From the IMG/VR virus record IMGVR_UViG_3300045988_132434, positions 25,638-89,637 of that record: a stretch of DNA of 64,000 nucleotides. One strand, given 5' to 3'. The notes beneath the pieces are model-generated. The model saw only the letters and a list, made by a program, of their open reading frames with translations, did not search any database and was not told the origin of the DNA. Both the position numbers and the translations under genes were made by a program. This DNA is from a virus. Shown here piece by piece: positions 33,630-44,557 of this stretch; position 1 is the stretch's first letter; each line of letters begins with the position of its first letter.

Positions 33630-34934
33630 TTAGTTGTGTGGGGTTATGTTTATAGTCTTCAATATTTTCGTATCAGTTTCCTGATTCTTTTTTATCAGGA
33701 CTACTTTAACAGGTGTTACACCTGTTCTGTTAGTCAGATAATAATAATCCACGTTCTTTATCTCACCAGCAGCAAGTGTCACAGAACCAATCTTTAGAGT
33801 CCCTACAAGACTACCACTTATATATATTGCAAGACCTAAACCTGTTAGTGTCTGATCAATATCACCTCCTTTATATTTTACTTTTATGATGATAGAATAA
33901 TCACCAAAACCCAGTACAGGAACATCACCGTCCACAGGTAATCCCCACATCCAGTCAATATCAGTAAAGCTAACACTTGCTACATAATAACTTGATTTTG
34001 CTACCACATTACTACATGGCATTGGGATTCCACATCTTGAATTATCAGAAGGGGAAGCCCATATAGGAGACACTGTTTCTGTAATAGGCTGATCATCACC
34101 CCCAATATTCTGTGTCACCTTATAGGCTATCAACATTCCTATGAATACATAGTCAGTCAAAGGAGAGGCTACCTCACCTGTTATCTTATATGATGAGTCT
34201 TTATCACCTATTGTACCTAAGAAGCCATTACTGTATAGATACTGATTTTGTTTTGTTGCATCTTCATCCTTCATGTAGTACAAACTAAAACTCTCACTAC
34301 CTTTCCTGGCTACAGCAACAGCAAGTCGCCATATAACATTTTTGTAGATATTGTAATCAAATGTCTTAGCACGTACTCCTTCATCATTAACATTGAGACC
34401 AACATTGACATTAAAAGTACGACCACCAAATCTAACATCATCTATATTAAAGGGTATAGGTGCATAATGATTATATCCATCAAAATCCTGCAACCTCGAT
34501 GCATAGTAGTACTTACCATCCCATCCCGTAGGATAGTCATGTCTATACTCAGCTGCACTCTGGTCTTTAAGTCCACTGACAGATAATCCTGCCCTTAACT
34601 TTGCAGCATCGCTCCACATCATCATTGTGGGGAAAATAATACCCGTAGTACCATTAGTGATAGGAGTCAATGTCTGACTACCCAATATGATATTCTCCTT
34701 GTTAGGGTCGCTTGGATCTGCTACAGCTGTATATTCATGTGACTGCATCTTGACCAAACTATCATACCTACATGGCTTTATCTTCGACCATATATTGATA
34801 TTGGGACTTCCGCACAAATCATACTCCACACCATTATTTCTCTTGGGTGCAAGCACACCAATACTCTCGCCCAACGTCAGTTGTACATCTCTGATGCTCA
34901 CAGGAGCTGTTATCTTACCATTATCATGTGCCAT
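33630..34934 (-). CDS. putative tail fibre / receptor-binding protein
   Basis: 434 aa, beta-rich composition, immediately downstream of the large tail fibre gene. Confidence 0.45.
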   Translation of the reverse strand: MAHDNGKITAPVSIRDVQLTLGESIGVLAPKRNNGVEYDLCGSPNINIWSKIKPCRYDSLVKMQSHEYTAVADPSDPNKENIILGSQTLTPITNGTTGIIFPTMMMWSDAAKLRAGLSVSGLKDQSAAEYRHDYPTGWDGKYYYASRLQDFDGYNHYAPIPFNIDDVRFGGRTFNVNVGLNVNDEGVRAKTFDYNIYKNVIWRLAVAVARKGSESFSLYYMKDEDATKQNQYLYSNGFLGTIGDKDSSYKITGEVASPLTDYVFIGMLIAYKVTQNIGGDDQPITETVSPIWASPSDNSRCGIPMPCSNVVAKSSYYVASVSFTDIDWMWGLPVDGDVPVLGFGDYSIIIKVKYKGGDIDQTLTGLGLAIYISGSLVGTLKIGSVTLAAGEIKNVDYYYLTNRTGVTPVKVVLIKKNQETDTKILKTINITPHN

Positions 34935-34943
34935 ATCTTAATC

Positions 34944-37900
34944 TTATTTATTAACCTTGTTTTCCAATGCGCTCACTCTCTGCTCCAAACTGGTACAGCG
35001 ACCTTGTAAAGCACTCACTGATTGATTGAGTGATTGAGTAATTGATTTCTGATTAGAGTTTATCAACCTATACAGATTGCCTATACTGTAGGCAGTAGCC
35101 AGTTCTGAATCACTCTCTTCCGTCAAGTCTATACTGTCAGCCCATTTCTTCACTGACAACGCAGTACTTGCATCTACTCCAAGGCTAGACAGATAGGAGT
35201 CAGTATATAAACCTCCTCCTGCTATCCTCAGACCCTTATTTGCTGCATCATAACTGATAGTGATATTACCTATCTGTAAAGAATCGACAATAGCCCTGCC
35301 TGTAGTAGCCATATCACCATTTACATGGAGTTTATGGGTAGGAGAAGTTGTACCAATTCCGACATTGCCACTGCCTACATTACTACTGCTGGAAGCACAG
35401 ATATATACATTTGCCCTTGACGAATTGCCATATTGAATAAAAAGTGCTGTATCACACCAGAGTTCATCTGTGTTACCTATATGTATTCTATCACAGGTAA
35501 ATCTACCAGTTATATTATCTGTTCCGTCAAAACGCTGCCCCCAGATAGTCCTTGCTGTTTGTAATTTTGTAGCTGTAGCAGCATTACCTGTGATTGATGC
35601 AGAAGATGTAATATAACCTGCGCCATTAGTCAGTTGATTAGTATTATTTGGAATACTAATGGACTGTGCAGTAGATCCATTATAAGAACCGCTACTATAA
35701 CCACTCCATGAAAGAGAGTTAGTTACTTGTGCTGCCGAATCAGCATATCCAGCACTAATTTTCTCCCAATCATCAGATGACCACTTACCACCTCTCTTTC
35801 TTAATATCCTAAGATAGGTGTCAGCATAGCCCATCTTCAGTATAGCACCATATTGCACCTGACTATTATAATTTTCCATGCCTATTAAGTATGAATATTC
35901 TTCACCAGATGTATTATATATAAATGCGCGACGATGTGAGTTAGCAGCAGCTTTTATCCAATCAAGAGTAGTGTGTTGTACTGATACCTGTGAGCAATAC
36001 AACCCATCAGTAATACCATATCCGCTAAGAGTTGTTGGTTTACCACTTACATTACTCCATGTAACCGAATTGGCACTGCCAGCATTACCCGTAATATTGA
36101 TTCCCCAGGTACCTGTAGCATTTGATCCATCATTTGCAGCAAGGGTTTTGCTACTGGTAGGAAATGTATAAGTACATTCAGAAGTTCCATGCAGTTTGAA
36201 ATACCAATGGGGAGAATCTTCGGATTCATTAGCTTGCCCACCGCCAAATGAAATTATGGGGTTATAATAGTGACAATCTAATAGACCTTTAATATCCCCA
36301 GTCCCAAACACAATAGAAGATGAGTATCTTCCACTATTCCAAAGAGCCGGATTATTATTGTAACTAACCTGAATGATGGAACCATTAGTTAAACCACCAG
36401 CAAGTTTCCATCCTGATGATGCTAAACTTCCTAAGTATTTTTTGACATTAGCACCTAAGGAATAACTTATTGCCGTAGGCTTTCCTTCCTTAAAATATAT
36501 TGGCAGGGTTTCTGATCCTGCTGAATTATCTAATTTATTCGCTGTAGTAGCATAACTCACACTCTTGTTTGCATCAGCAGTATTATCTACATTACCAAGA
36601 CCAACATCTGATTTCGTCGGCTTGAAGCCTTCGTGATATACTCTCCACCAATCAGACCAACTATTTCTATCACCAATATGACGGAAGTAAAGATACGGTA
36701 ACTCTAAAGAACCATACGTTGCCAACTGAAAACCAGTATATCCTGTTATGGCAGATATTCCAGACCAATATGTTCCTGGCGCTCCTATAGCTGTCTTATT
36801 AGTACAGTACAGAAACCTTAATCTATTATCCGCGTGATTGAAATTCCAGTTATCTGTCACATTGGTTAATGAAAGATTTTCAGCAAAAAGCGTATTACTG
36901 CCAAGGTTAAGACTGCCAGTAAGTGTTCCACCAGTCAATGGGAGATACCCTAACAGTTCACTTCTATCAGCCTTACCACTAATATCTTGGTGACTCGTCA
37001 AATACCCTTTGCCTTCTACCCAGTCTTCTGTTGCATACCCTGCCAGAGCATCCGCAAGGTGGCTTTTACTAATCTGCTCAGTACCACTATTGCCCAAAAG
37101 AGACCACAGCAGCTCTGCATCAAGTCCACCTCCACCAGAGCCTCCTGATGAAGCAGAGTTCCCTAATGCAGAAATTCCTCCGTCAGACCATAAACTCATC
37201 TTCGCACGGATAGATGCTCCCGAAGATATATTGCCATTCACGGGCAAATCTGATTTCTTATCATCAACAACAGAGAATACCTTATTAAACCAGTCTATAG
37301 TTACAAAACGGTCTTTTAGCTCTTTCTGAGTGAGCACAACATCATTGTTGTCAAGGTCTTCTTGGCGCAAGCGTTCAATGAACAATTCGCCAAATATCTT
37401 CTGAGGTATAAGCAGAACCTCTGAACCTTTTACGGTCGTTGAGAACATACCACTTATACTTGCTAAGACGTTGAGCACATCGGTTTTGTCCGAGTTAATA
37501 AGTGCAGATAAATCTTTGATAGTGACATTACCTGTTGAACCCCAAGAAATGTTACCATTAGCGAGGTAGCCTGAGCCATCGAAGCGTAACAGAGATTTCG
37601 CCCAGTTCGTTACACCTGAGTAGTTGCTTTTATCCTCTATATCGCCCATTTCACCGCCATACCATGCTGCAATACCGCCACCTTTGTACTTGGCATCTTG
37701 TACCGCTCCGTTTATGCCCGACTGGATGTTCTTGCTCTTGTCACGGAGTGCAATCAATGTGGATAGGATAAGACCTCCATCTACTACGGTATCGTTCTTT
37801 AGCGCATCTTTAAGGTAATCGAGCTGCGCTACCTTTGTATTCGTAGCATAGTCAGAAGCAAGTGCCCAGTCGTCAATGGAGAATTTCTCTCCTGCTGACT

Positions 37901-39926
37901 TAGCGGTGATACAGCGTAATATATCCTTGTTATACTTGATTCCGTCAGATGAATATACAGCATAAACCCATAAATCATTTACATCATAAGGTGGTGTAGG
38001 TGTTGTGCCGAATATGCGCTTCTTCTCTCCTGCAAGAGCAAGAGCCTTCGTAATATCCTCATCGGTAATTATTGCCCACGTATATGTATTCGTTGAGTCT
38101 TTCAAGAAACGATATGCCTTGCCACTCGCCTTGTCATAATAGAGGTCTCCGATGTGTTTGTTTTTCGTATCGTCGTCAGTCCAACCTTGCGCAGGGAGAT
38201 TTTCAAGAGTAGGCTCTCCTTCATAATACCATGTCTCGATTGCGCCATCAATCTGGTTTTGCAGAGAGCCGATTATCTCGGAGTTATTGATGAGGTTCTT
38301 TACATCATCGCTCGATAGCGTATTGTCTTTGATATACGTATTTATATCCTTATCTCCAACGGTGCTTTTTGCGTCTATCTTGGCTTTAATCTCCAATGTT
38401 TTGCCTAACGAGTCATATCGTATAAATGAATTACCGTCAATGTCACCAATATAAGCATCTCCATAAACATTCATTTTTGCCCTGCCAGTAGTGGAGTTAT
38501 AGCCCAAATCGATCATACACTTCTTTTCAAGCGTATAATCGTTTATCCCTTGGAATATCTGATAACAAGGGGCTTCTTCACCACTTGACATTTCAATGAT
38601 CACACCTTGTCTTTCTGTTTTTGTTTTGTTTCCGAGTTGTGAAACATCATCGCCAACAGATGGTATGTCAGAGTCTTTTTCGCAATCGTCAACAGACAAA
38701 TCAATCCAATGATTCCCGTTTATATCCACCTCGTTGCTTTTGCGAACAACTGCACGCCAATATCTTTTATGTGTAAGATTCTCATCAACGCTTGTTCTAC
38801 TACAGAAAGCAAGGTCGCCAACGACAAAATCGTTGGTACGAAGATTATCTCCGTCTTTTCCCCTGAAATAACACCGATATGCCGTTGTAACAGCGCCTGT
38901 GTTATCATTATTACCAATCACATTACCATTCGCATCAACATTCTCGACACGGACAATAGTCATTCCTGCAACAGAAACAATCCTGTTGCCGGACGTATGC
39001 TGAAAGTTGCGTATTTCTACATTGTCAAATATGGCTTTTACTCTTGCATATATCTTATCGACCTCGATATAAGTTTTCCCATCGGCATCTTTTCTAAACA
39101 CTCCACCAGTACCAAGGAGTCCAGAGATAAACGAACTCCCAACTTGCAATCCTTGCAGGAAAGAAATCAGTCCGTTGGCTACGTCATCATGCACAGAAGA
39201 CAGCGCATGATCATCCATATACTTCGGCGTAACAATTCGGTCAACGGCTTCCGCTGCCGTAGTCTCATCGGCAACACCCGACAACGACGTATGCTGTCCC
39301 TCAAACGTGATACTGCCACCCGATACGATAGTCACAGCCTTGGCAAAGAGTTCACGAAACTTTGTGCCAGCCTTCATCGTGAGGTCTTTAAGGAAGGTGG
39401 TGAAGTTATCTACCGGACTGAAACTGAACCACTCGCTGTCATTCGGACCTGCCGATACGGCTTCGTCAGACGAGAGGTAGCCCGTTGCAATGCGACAATT
39501 CTCTTTCCAGTCGCGCGGTGTGGTACCGTTGTCGCCCGACGAGGTGATGATACCCTGCAGGAAGATGTAGTAGTACTTCTCGTCGCCTATCTGTTCGGCA
39601 TTTTCGTTCTTTCCGTAGATGTCGATTTCCTCTGACGGAAATACCACAACAGCCTCCTTCTGCGACGAGTCGCTGCGAGGCACAGCCACATAGACGTATT
39701 TCTCGGTATGGGAATTGAAAACGGTAGGTGAAGCCTGCAACGGCCATCGCTGATAGTTATGACCGGCATCATAGGGGATGATGTCTTTGACATATACCAA
39801 TATCTGTGCACCGCTCGTACACGATGCCTGGATATAGTCGGGTGTGCCCATTGCGTTCAACTGAATAAACAGTGCATTGGGCGAAATCCAATAGTTCCGT
39901 GGTGTTGCTTGTGTTAGTTGAGCCAT
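34944..39926 (-). CDS. large tail fibre protein
   Basis: About 1660 aa, rich in S, G, N and T. Contains a Gly run (SSGGSGGGG) and a C-terminal heptad coiled coil (SALQGRCTSLEQRVSALENKVNK). Start at MAQLTQ, downstream of the TATCTTTG box. Confidence 0.75.
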   Translation of the reverse strand: MAQLTQATPRNYWISPNALFIQLNAMGTPDYIQASCTSGAQILVYVKDIIPYDAGHNYQRWPLQASPTVFNSHTEKYVYVAVPRSDSSQKEAVVVFPSEEIDIYGKNENAEQIGDEKYYYIFLQGIITSSGDNGTTPRDWKENCRIATGYLSSDEAVSAGPNDSEWFSFSPVDNFTTFLKDLTMKAGTKFRELFAKAVTIVSGGSITFEGQHTSLSGVADETTAAEAVDRIVTPKYMDDHALSSVHDDVANGLISFLQGLQVGSSFISGLLGTGGVFRKDADGKTYIEVDKIYARVKAIFDNVEIRNFQHTSGNRIVSVAGMTIVRVENVDANGNVIGNNDNTGAVTTAYRCYFRGKDGDNLRTNDFVVGDLAFCSRTSVDENLTHKRYWRAVVRKSNEVDINGNHWIDLSVDDCEKDSDIPSVGDDVSQLGNKTKTERQGVIIEMSSGEEAPCYQIFQGINDYTLEKKCMIDLGYNSTTGRAKMNVYGDAYIGDIDGNSFIRYDSLGKTLEIKAKIDAKSTVGDKDINTYIKDNTLSSDDVKNLINNSEIIGSLQNQIDGAIETWYYEGEPTLENLPAQGWTDDDTKNKHIGDLYYDKASGKAYRFLKDSTNTYTWAIITDEDITKALALAGEKKRIFGTTPTPPYDVNDLWVYAVYSSDGIKYNKDILRCITAKSAGEKFSIDDWALASDYATNTKVAQLDYLKDALKNDTVVDGGLILSTLIALRDKSKNIQSGINGAVQDAKYKGGGIAAWYGGEMGDIEDKSNYSGVTNWAKSLLRFDGSGYLANGNISWGSTGNVTIKDLSALINSDKTDVLNVLASISGMFSTTVKGSEVLLIPQKIFGELFIERLRQEDLDNNDVVLTQKELKDRFVTIDWFNKVFSVVDDKKSDLPVNGNISSGASIRAKMSLWSDGGISALGNSASSGGSGGGGLDAELLWSLLGNSGTEQISKSHLADALAGYATEDWVEGKGYLTSHQDISGKADRSELLGYLPLTGGTLTGSLNLGSNTLFAENLSLTNVTDNWNFNHADNRLRFLYCTNKTAIGAPGTYWSGISAITGYTGFQLATYGSLELPYLYFRHIGDRNSWSDWWRVYHEGFKPTKSDVGLGNVDNTADANKSVSYATTANKLDNSAGSETLPIYFKEGKPTAISYSLGANVKKYLGSLASSGWKLAGGLTNGSIIQVSYNNNPALWNSGRYSSSIVFGTGDIKGLLDCHYYNPIISFGGGQANESEDSPHWYFKLHGTSECTYTFPTSSKTLAANDGSNATGTWGINITGNAGSANSVTWSNVSGKPTTLSGYGITDGLYCSQVSVQHTTLDWIKAAANSHRRAFIYNTSGEEYSYLIGMENYNSQVQYGAILKMGYADTYLRILRKRGGKWSSDDWEKISAGYADSAAQVTNSLSWSGYSSGSYNGSTAQSISIPNNTNQLTNGAGYITSSASITGNAATATKLQTARTIWGQRFDGTDNITGRFTCDRIHIGNTDELWCDTALFIQYGNSSRANVYICASSSSNVGSGNVGIGTTSPTHKLHVNGDMATTGRAIVDSLQIGNITISYDAANKGLRIAGGGLYTDSYLSSLGVDASTALSVKKWADSIDLTEESDSELATAYSIGNLYRLINSNQKSITQSLNQSVSALQGRCTSLEQRVSALENKVNK

Positions 39927-39948
39927 TATAATAGTCTTTTTCTGCAAG

Positions 39949-39956
39949 CAAAGATA
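39949..39956 (-). promoter_or_regulatory. Bacteroidota -7 box (TATCTTTG on minus)
   Basis: Plus-strand CAAAGATA lies about 23 nt upstream of the ATG at 39926. Confidence 0.55.
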
Positions 39957-40044
39957 AAAAAAAGACTTAGCAACTGTCGGACATCATAAAAGGTTCAAAA
40001 CAGAACCTTCGCCCGTTTTGAACCTTTATTATTGGTGAATATTA

Positions 40045-41103
40045 CTATATCTTCAATATCGGACTTCCATAGAAATTGAAGTCTGCCTTGAACAATACGG
40101 TATAAGGGGTATCGTTGGTGTCGTCTTTAAGTGTGATTTCGTCGTCCAGTATAAGGATGACCGGCAACCATGCGCCATCAACAATCATCCATACGTGTTC
40201 TGCCATCAGGAACTCATAAGCGTACCACTCCAAGCCGTACTCATCGAGCGGGTCGGTCTGATAAATCCAATGCTCCTGATCGTTTGATTTCTTGACAACA
40301 GTACGCGATACGCTGTTGAATTTCTCTTGCGTTGACTTGTCATACTGTGTGGAAGTCACGCTCATCTTCCGGCTATACTCTCTGCAAACGCTGATACTCT
40401 CCAATACACCAAACGAATTGATAAAGCGGAACACCTGTCGCTTGGAAGCCTCGGTCTGTGGGAGAGCGAAGAGTTGCTGGTCTTCTATGTTCTGATAGCC
40501 CTCCTTGCTGATTGTCACCACCTTTGATGTAGGTGCTTCGAGTTGTGTGCTGTCAAGTATTGACTGCTCGGTGGTGTAAGGGGGTGTATAGGCAAACGTT
40601 TCGCCTACTGCCACCAACTGCACCATAGACTGCGGTTTGCGCGTCAGCCTTTTTACAGTCTTCATTGCACCAGACAACAGCCTATCAAGGTCGGAGAACC
40701 CGCCAAACAGCGTACAGGGATAAGATGTGCCAGCACTTGTTACCGATGGGAAGTATGTTGCTTCAGTCTGTTTCAACGTACCATTCAGCAAATACTCATC
40801 GTACACCTTGACGTGGAATTTTACCACAGGATAGGTTGTTGGTACCGGCTTATATACGTAAGAATCACGAAAGGTGCGCAGCGCTGATGAAATATCCACT
40901 TCGACGGTCGAACTACTACTTTCTTCGACCACAGGAGCAGACATGCGGATGGTTTCGTAGTTTCCACCACTCATTCCACACGTCACGTCGATGATGACAC
41001 GATGGAAGGTGGGCGAACCACTGATAACTTCCGGTTTTATGAGCAGCGTAATGGGGTTGCCATTGAAGATGCTGCCCGATGTTAATTCTACTGATCTTGC
41101 CAT
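40045..41103 (-). CDS. structural (tail-associated) hypothetical protein
   Basis: 352 aa. Assigned by position in the structural operon. Confidence 0.4.
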   Translation of the reverse strand: MARSVELTSGSIFNGNPITLLIKPEVISGSPTFHRVIIDVTCGMSGGNYETIRMSAPVVEESSSSTVEVDISSALRTFRDSYVYKPVPTTYPVVKFHVKVYDEYLLNGTLKQTEATYFPSVTSAGTSYPCTLFGGFSDLDRLLSGAMKTVKRLTRKPQSMVQLVAVGETFAYTPPYTTEQSILDSTQLEAPTSKVVTISKEGYQNIEDQQLFALPQTEASKRQVFRFINSFGVLESISVCREYSRKMSVTSTQYDKSTQEKFNSVSRTVVKKSNDQEHWIYQTDPLDEYGLEWYAYEFLMAEHVWMIVDGAWLPVILILDDEITLKDDTNDTPYTVLFKADFNFYGSPILKI

Positions 41104-41123
41104 GTTCTATGTTTGTGTTTTTA

Positions 41124-43871
41124 TTAGATACTATACACTTCCAGTTCCACCTCGCCCATACCGTCTTTGTTGGTCACATCGGCATTGACTTTGTTGATGA
41201 GACACTTTTTCCCGTCTATCACCCACCATTCCTTCCAGTGGTTTGGAATATCGGCAATCTGTGCCACCGTTGCCGTACACCTGATGCGGAATTTCTTACG
41301 GTTGAGCAGGAAGTAGATAAACTCCTTGAGGAAGGTATCTACATAGCCTCTCGATTGTATTCTGATAAGTTCGCCATCCTCGTAGCGGTCGGCATCGCAA
41401 AGCGGAGCAGATGCCCATGCCGGCTGTTTGTAGGCACGGGGCTTGAGCGAGAAGTGTTCACCAAAGCCACCCTGCTTCACTCCGTTGTAGTCGTAGAGTT
41501 CGCCAAAGCATCCGATAGAGTCGGAGGTGAGCGCATACTGCCGTGACTTCATGCGCCATTTATTGTTGCCGAACCCGTCGTAGTTAGAGTCAAACTGCTC
41601 GAAGTTGGCACCGCTGTCACCACCTCTCATCATGGCGATGGCACATCCCCAGTCGTAGGATTGTAGTGGTGAGTTTCCATCTTCGGTCTTTGAGGGGTCG
41701 TAAGACTCCTTGCAGGTCAGTACCTCCGTCATATAGGCATTGACCAGCGTACCTGCCACATTCTGCCTGATGCGCTGTTCCACAAATTCATGTTCCATGT
41801 CCTCGTCGATGTAAGCCACAAGGAGCGGTTCTTTGTCAGCGGCATTGACGGTACCGATGGTGAAATTATCGGTTGACGACAGCGTGCCGTTTGCCTCGTA
41901 ATAGGATTTCTCGCGCTGATAGTTGACATCGTTAAACTGCACAGGCACGAAGTCAGACAGATACTCCATCACGTAGTCTTCGTTTCGCTGTGAGCAGTCG
42001 CCTTCTTCCACACCCTTAAACTGACCGACCTCAAAGAGCACAGGGTGCATATCGTTGACCGTGGTATAGTTGCCATCAATTTTGATGCGGTAGGCATTGC
42101 CTGTGCGCTGGTCGATATAGACTCTCATGTCGCCATGATTGGGGTTGCGGAAGATGTCAGTATAAGTTTTGTCGATAACGGTAGTCTTGGCAGGATCTGC
42201 GGTCTTGGGGTCTGGATAGTCGATGTAGTCATACGCGGTATCATAGTCTTTAACCTTATTTCTGATATTGTCACGCTGTTCCTTTGCATCCGACTCTTCC
42301 GAGTAACCGATGCGCACACCGGTAATCTTCTCCGTGACCTTGTTGACCGAGTGAATCTCTCCGTGGAAGGTGCGTGGGGTTGCGGATGTCTTGAGTACGT
42401 CGCGATAGAGGTATGCCGTGACTTTCTTACGCTCGTAGTCGTAGTGAAACTTCACACCAAACATGTTCTCCAGCGACTCCAACAGCGACGATACCGTCAT
42501 ATCGGGGAAGTTGCCTTCATCGGCTATCATATTGCGGATCTGTGCGGTGGCTTTGGCATAGTGGAGGGTAGGATAGATTTTGATTTCGTCAACGTTCTTT
42601 CCCAATACATACTCTTTTGCCCATTCCTTCGGCTCTGTCAGTGTAAAACTGTTGATCTCTACACCCGTCAGTTCTTCCAGTTCGAGCTGACCACCACATC
42701 CTCGGCTATTCAACCACTCGTTGACTCCTTGGAAGAGCAACTTTCGCGACTTGTCAGACACGGCCTTGTCAGACCCTTTGGTACCGACGGAGTTTCCGAA
42801 GAACGGATAGAACTTCTTATTGCCGTCTTTATCGGTATATGAACCTACGTGGAGCGGGTCGCTGGTCTTATAACTGCATTTGGTGGTGAAGAAACAAAGG
42901 TGCTTCATGTCCTCGATATTCTTCAGCACGTCGATGTCGTAAGCCACACCGAGGTGTTTAAACAGGCACTCTAAAAAATAAAGTACGTAGAAGCAGATGC
43001 CCGATTGCGGTCTCTTGGCATCGAGCACCCAGTACGGGCCGTGGTCTTCTATGTTGCCTTTACTGCCATCCACCTGTACCACGCTGTCGGAAGTGGTACC
43101 GTCGTCGGCCTTGTCGTAGTGCTTGTAGCAGATGCGTGCATTGCAGAACTTGGCAGGTCCCATTGACGAACCCCGTGCATTGCTCAGATACTCATCGGTC
43201 ACGTTGATATAGCTTTCCAGTTCTACGGGCTTATTCACCTTGATACCGTCTTTATAGGTCTCGGTGGTAAATTCCGCAATATCGTTGCCAACGCCGGTCT
43301 TGCATTTCCCTGGATAGGAGAATCCGAGAGCCTGCGGTTCAAACGTTGCCGATGAGGTCTGCGAGGGGAACCATTTCTTGATGGTGGTAGAGCTATGCTT
43401 TCCTGTCTTGTCGTACAACTTCACATAGAAGCTGTACTCCACGGTGACGGTGACATCAGAAATCTTCTCTCCGATGATCAGACTGGGCAGGTCGCTTTCT
43501 GGTATGGGTACCTCATTGCATTTCAGGTCGGAAATCAGCGAGTCGAAACTATCTACGGCAGAATCCACACTGACAGAGAGTCCGTCGGTCAGTTCTTCGT
43601 CCTCAGAGATAACCATCGGGCCACTGGCAAACGGCACTCCGTCGATGTATATCTGCATCGGCTCGTGCTCCATAGTGATGGGTCGGATGTCAGAACTGGC
43701 GTTATCTACGTTCTTGAACAGGTTGCGGTTGCCTTCAAAAGGGAGGTCAACGGGATAGGAGAACATCTCCGTATCGTTCCACATCGGATTCTGAAACTCG
43801 ATACTGAGTGAGGCATCTTCGCGTAGTGTGAGGGTCTTACCCTTGGCTTTGATTGCAATGTGTGATTTCAT
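41124..43871 (-). CDS. large tail/baseplate structural protein
   Basis: 915 aa. Assigned by position between the portal-proximal genes and the tail fibre. Confidence 0.45.
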   Translation of the reverse strand: MKSHIAIKAKGKTLTLREDASLSIEFQNPMWNDTEMFSYPVDLPFEGNRNLFKNVDNASSDIRPITMEHEPMQIYIDGVPFASGPMVISEDEELTDGLSVSVDSAVDSFDSLISDLKCNEVPIPESDLPSLIIGEKISDVTVTVEYSFYVKLYDKTGKHSSTTIKKWFPSQTSSATFEPQALGFSYPGKCKTGVGNDIAEFTTETYKDGIKVNKPVELESYINVTDEYLSNARGSSMGPAKFCNARICYKHYDKADDGTTSDSVVQVDGSKGNIEDHGPYWVLDAKRPQSGICFYVLYFLECLFKHLGVAYDIDVLKNIEDMKHLCFFTTKCSYKTSDPLHVGSYTDKDGNKKFYPFFGNSVGTKGSDKAVSDKSRKLLFQGVNEWLNSRGCGGQLELEELTGVEINSFTLTEPKEWAKEYVLGKNVDEIKIYPTLHYAKATAQIRNMIADEGNFPDMTVSSLLESLENMFGVKFHYDYERKKVTAYLYRDVLKTSATPRTFHGEIHSVNKVTEKITGVRIGYSEESDAKEQRDNIRNKVKDYDTAYDYIDYPDPKTADPAKTTVIDKTYTDIFRNPNHGDMRVYIDQRTGNAYRIKIDGNYTTVNDMHPVLFEVGQFKGVEEGDCSQRNEDYVMEYLSDFVPVQFNDVNYQREKSYYEANGTLSSTDNFTIGTVNAADKEPLLVAYIDEDMEHEFVEQRIRQNVAGTLVNAYMTEVLTCKESYDPSKTEDGNSPLQSYDWGCAIAMMRGGDSGANFEQFDSNYDGFGNNKWRMKSRQYALTSDSIGCFGELYDYNGVKQGGFGEHFSLKPRAYKQPAWASAPLCDADRYEDGELIRIQSRGYVDTFLKEFIYFLLNRKKFRIRCTATVAQIADIPNHWKEWWVIDGKKCLINKVNADVTNKDGMGEVELEVYSI

Positions 43872-44535
43872 CGTTTGGTAAATCAGTTAATGGATAGAGT
43901 TGTGCATCATCATAGAGTTTGATGTTGCGCTTGGCGAAGGAATATACCTTTGTATTGACATTGGCGGTAATCGCTTTGTAGCCCAAGGCCTTTACCGTAC
44001 CGCCATAAGCCACACAGACGGCATGGTCGTAGAGTGTCGCCATGCAACGGCTCTTGACTACCGACCCGTCGTGTGCATCAACACGGCCTGCCTTGATCAT
44101 GCCCAACGAGTAGTCGCGCAGACTGACCGACGCATCGAACTGCTCGTTATATACCATGGCGTGGTCGTGTGCCACCACCTCTGCCTCACCTAAGACGTAG
44201 GCATCGGCTTCTCCGTAGATGTGGACGGGTTGCTGGCAGTCGGTCACGATGACGCGCACAAACTCCTTGGCGTGGTCGGGACATTCGTTGAGATAGATGC
44301 CTGCCTCGTTGATTTCCTGACGGAGCGAGGCGTATAGCGCAGGAAACTCCCGACGTATCACCTCCACAAACTTACTCTTGACCACATCGTCCCAATACCT
44401 GCGCCATGTGGCCATCATCTGACTGACGTTATCAGAGTTTAGCATGGCCACGTAGCCTTCCGAACAGGCATGCCGTTCGTGGCACGCCTGCCGGCAGACT
44501 TCTTTGAGTATGGCAAAAGGTGTGTTTTTCTCCAT
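43837..44535 (-). CDS. hypothetical structural-module protein
   Basis: 232-aa ORF. Confidence 0.4.
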   Translation of the reverse strand: MEKNTPFAILKEVCRQACHERHACSEGYVAMLNSDNVSQMMATWRRYWDDVVKSKFVEVIRREFPALYASLRQEINEAGIYLNECPDHAKEFVRVIVTDCQQPVHIYGEADAYVLGEAEVVAHDHAMVYNEQFDASVSLRDYSLGMIKAGRVDAHDGSVVKSRCMATLYDHAVCVAYGGTVKALGYKAITANVNTKVYSFAKRNIKLYDDAQLYPLTDLPNDEITHCNQSQG

Positions 44536-44557
44536 GCTATATGTTGATGATTAACGG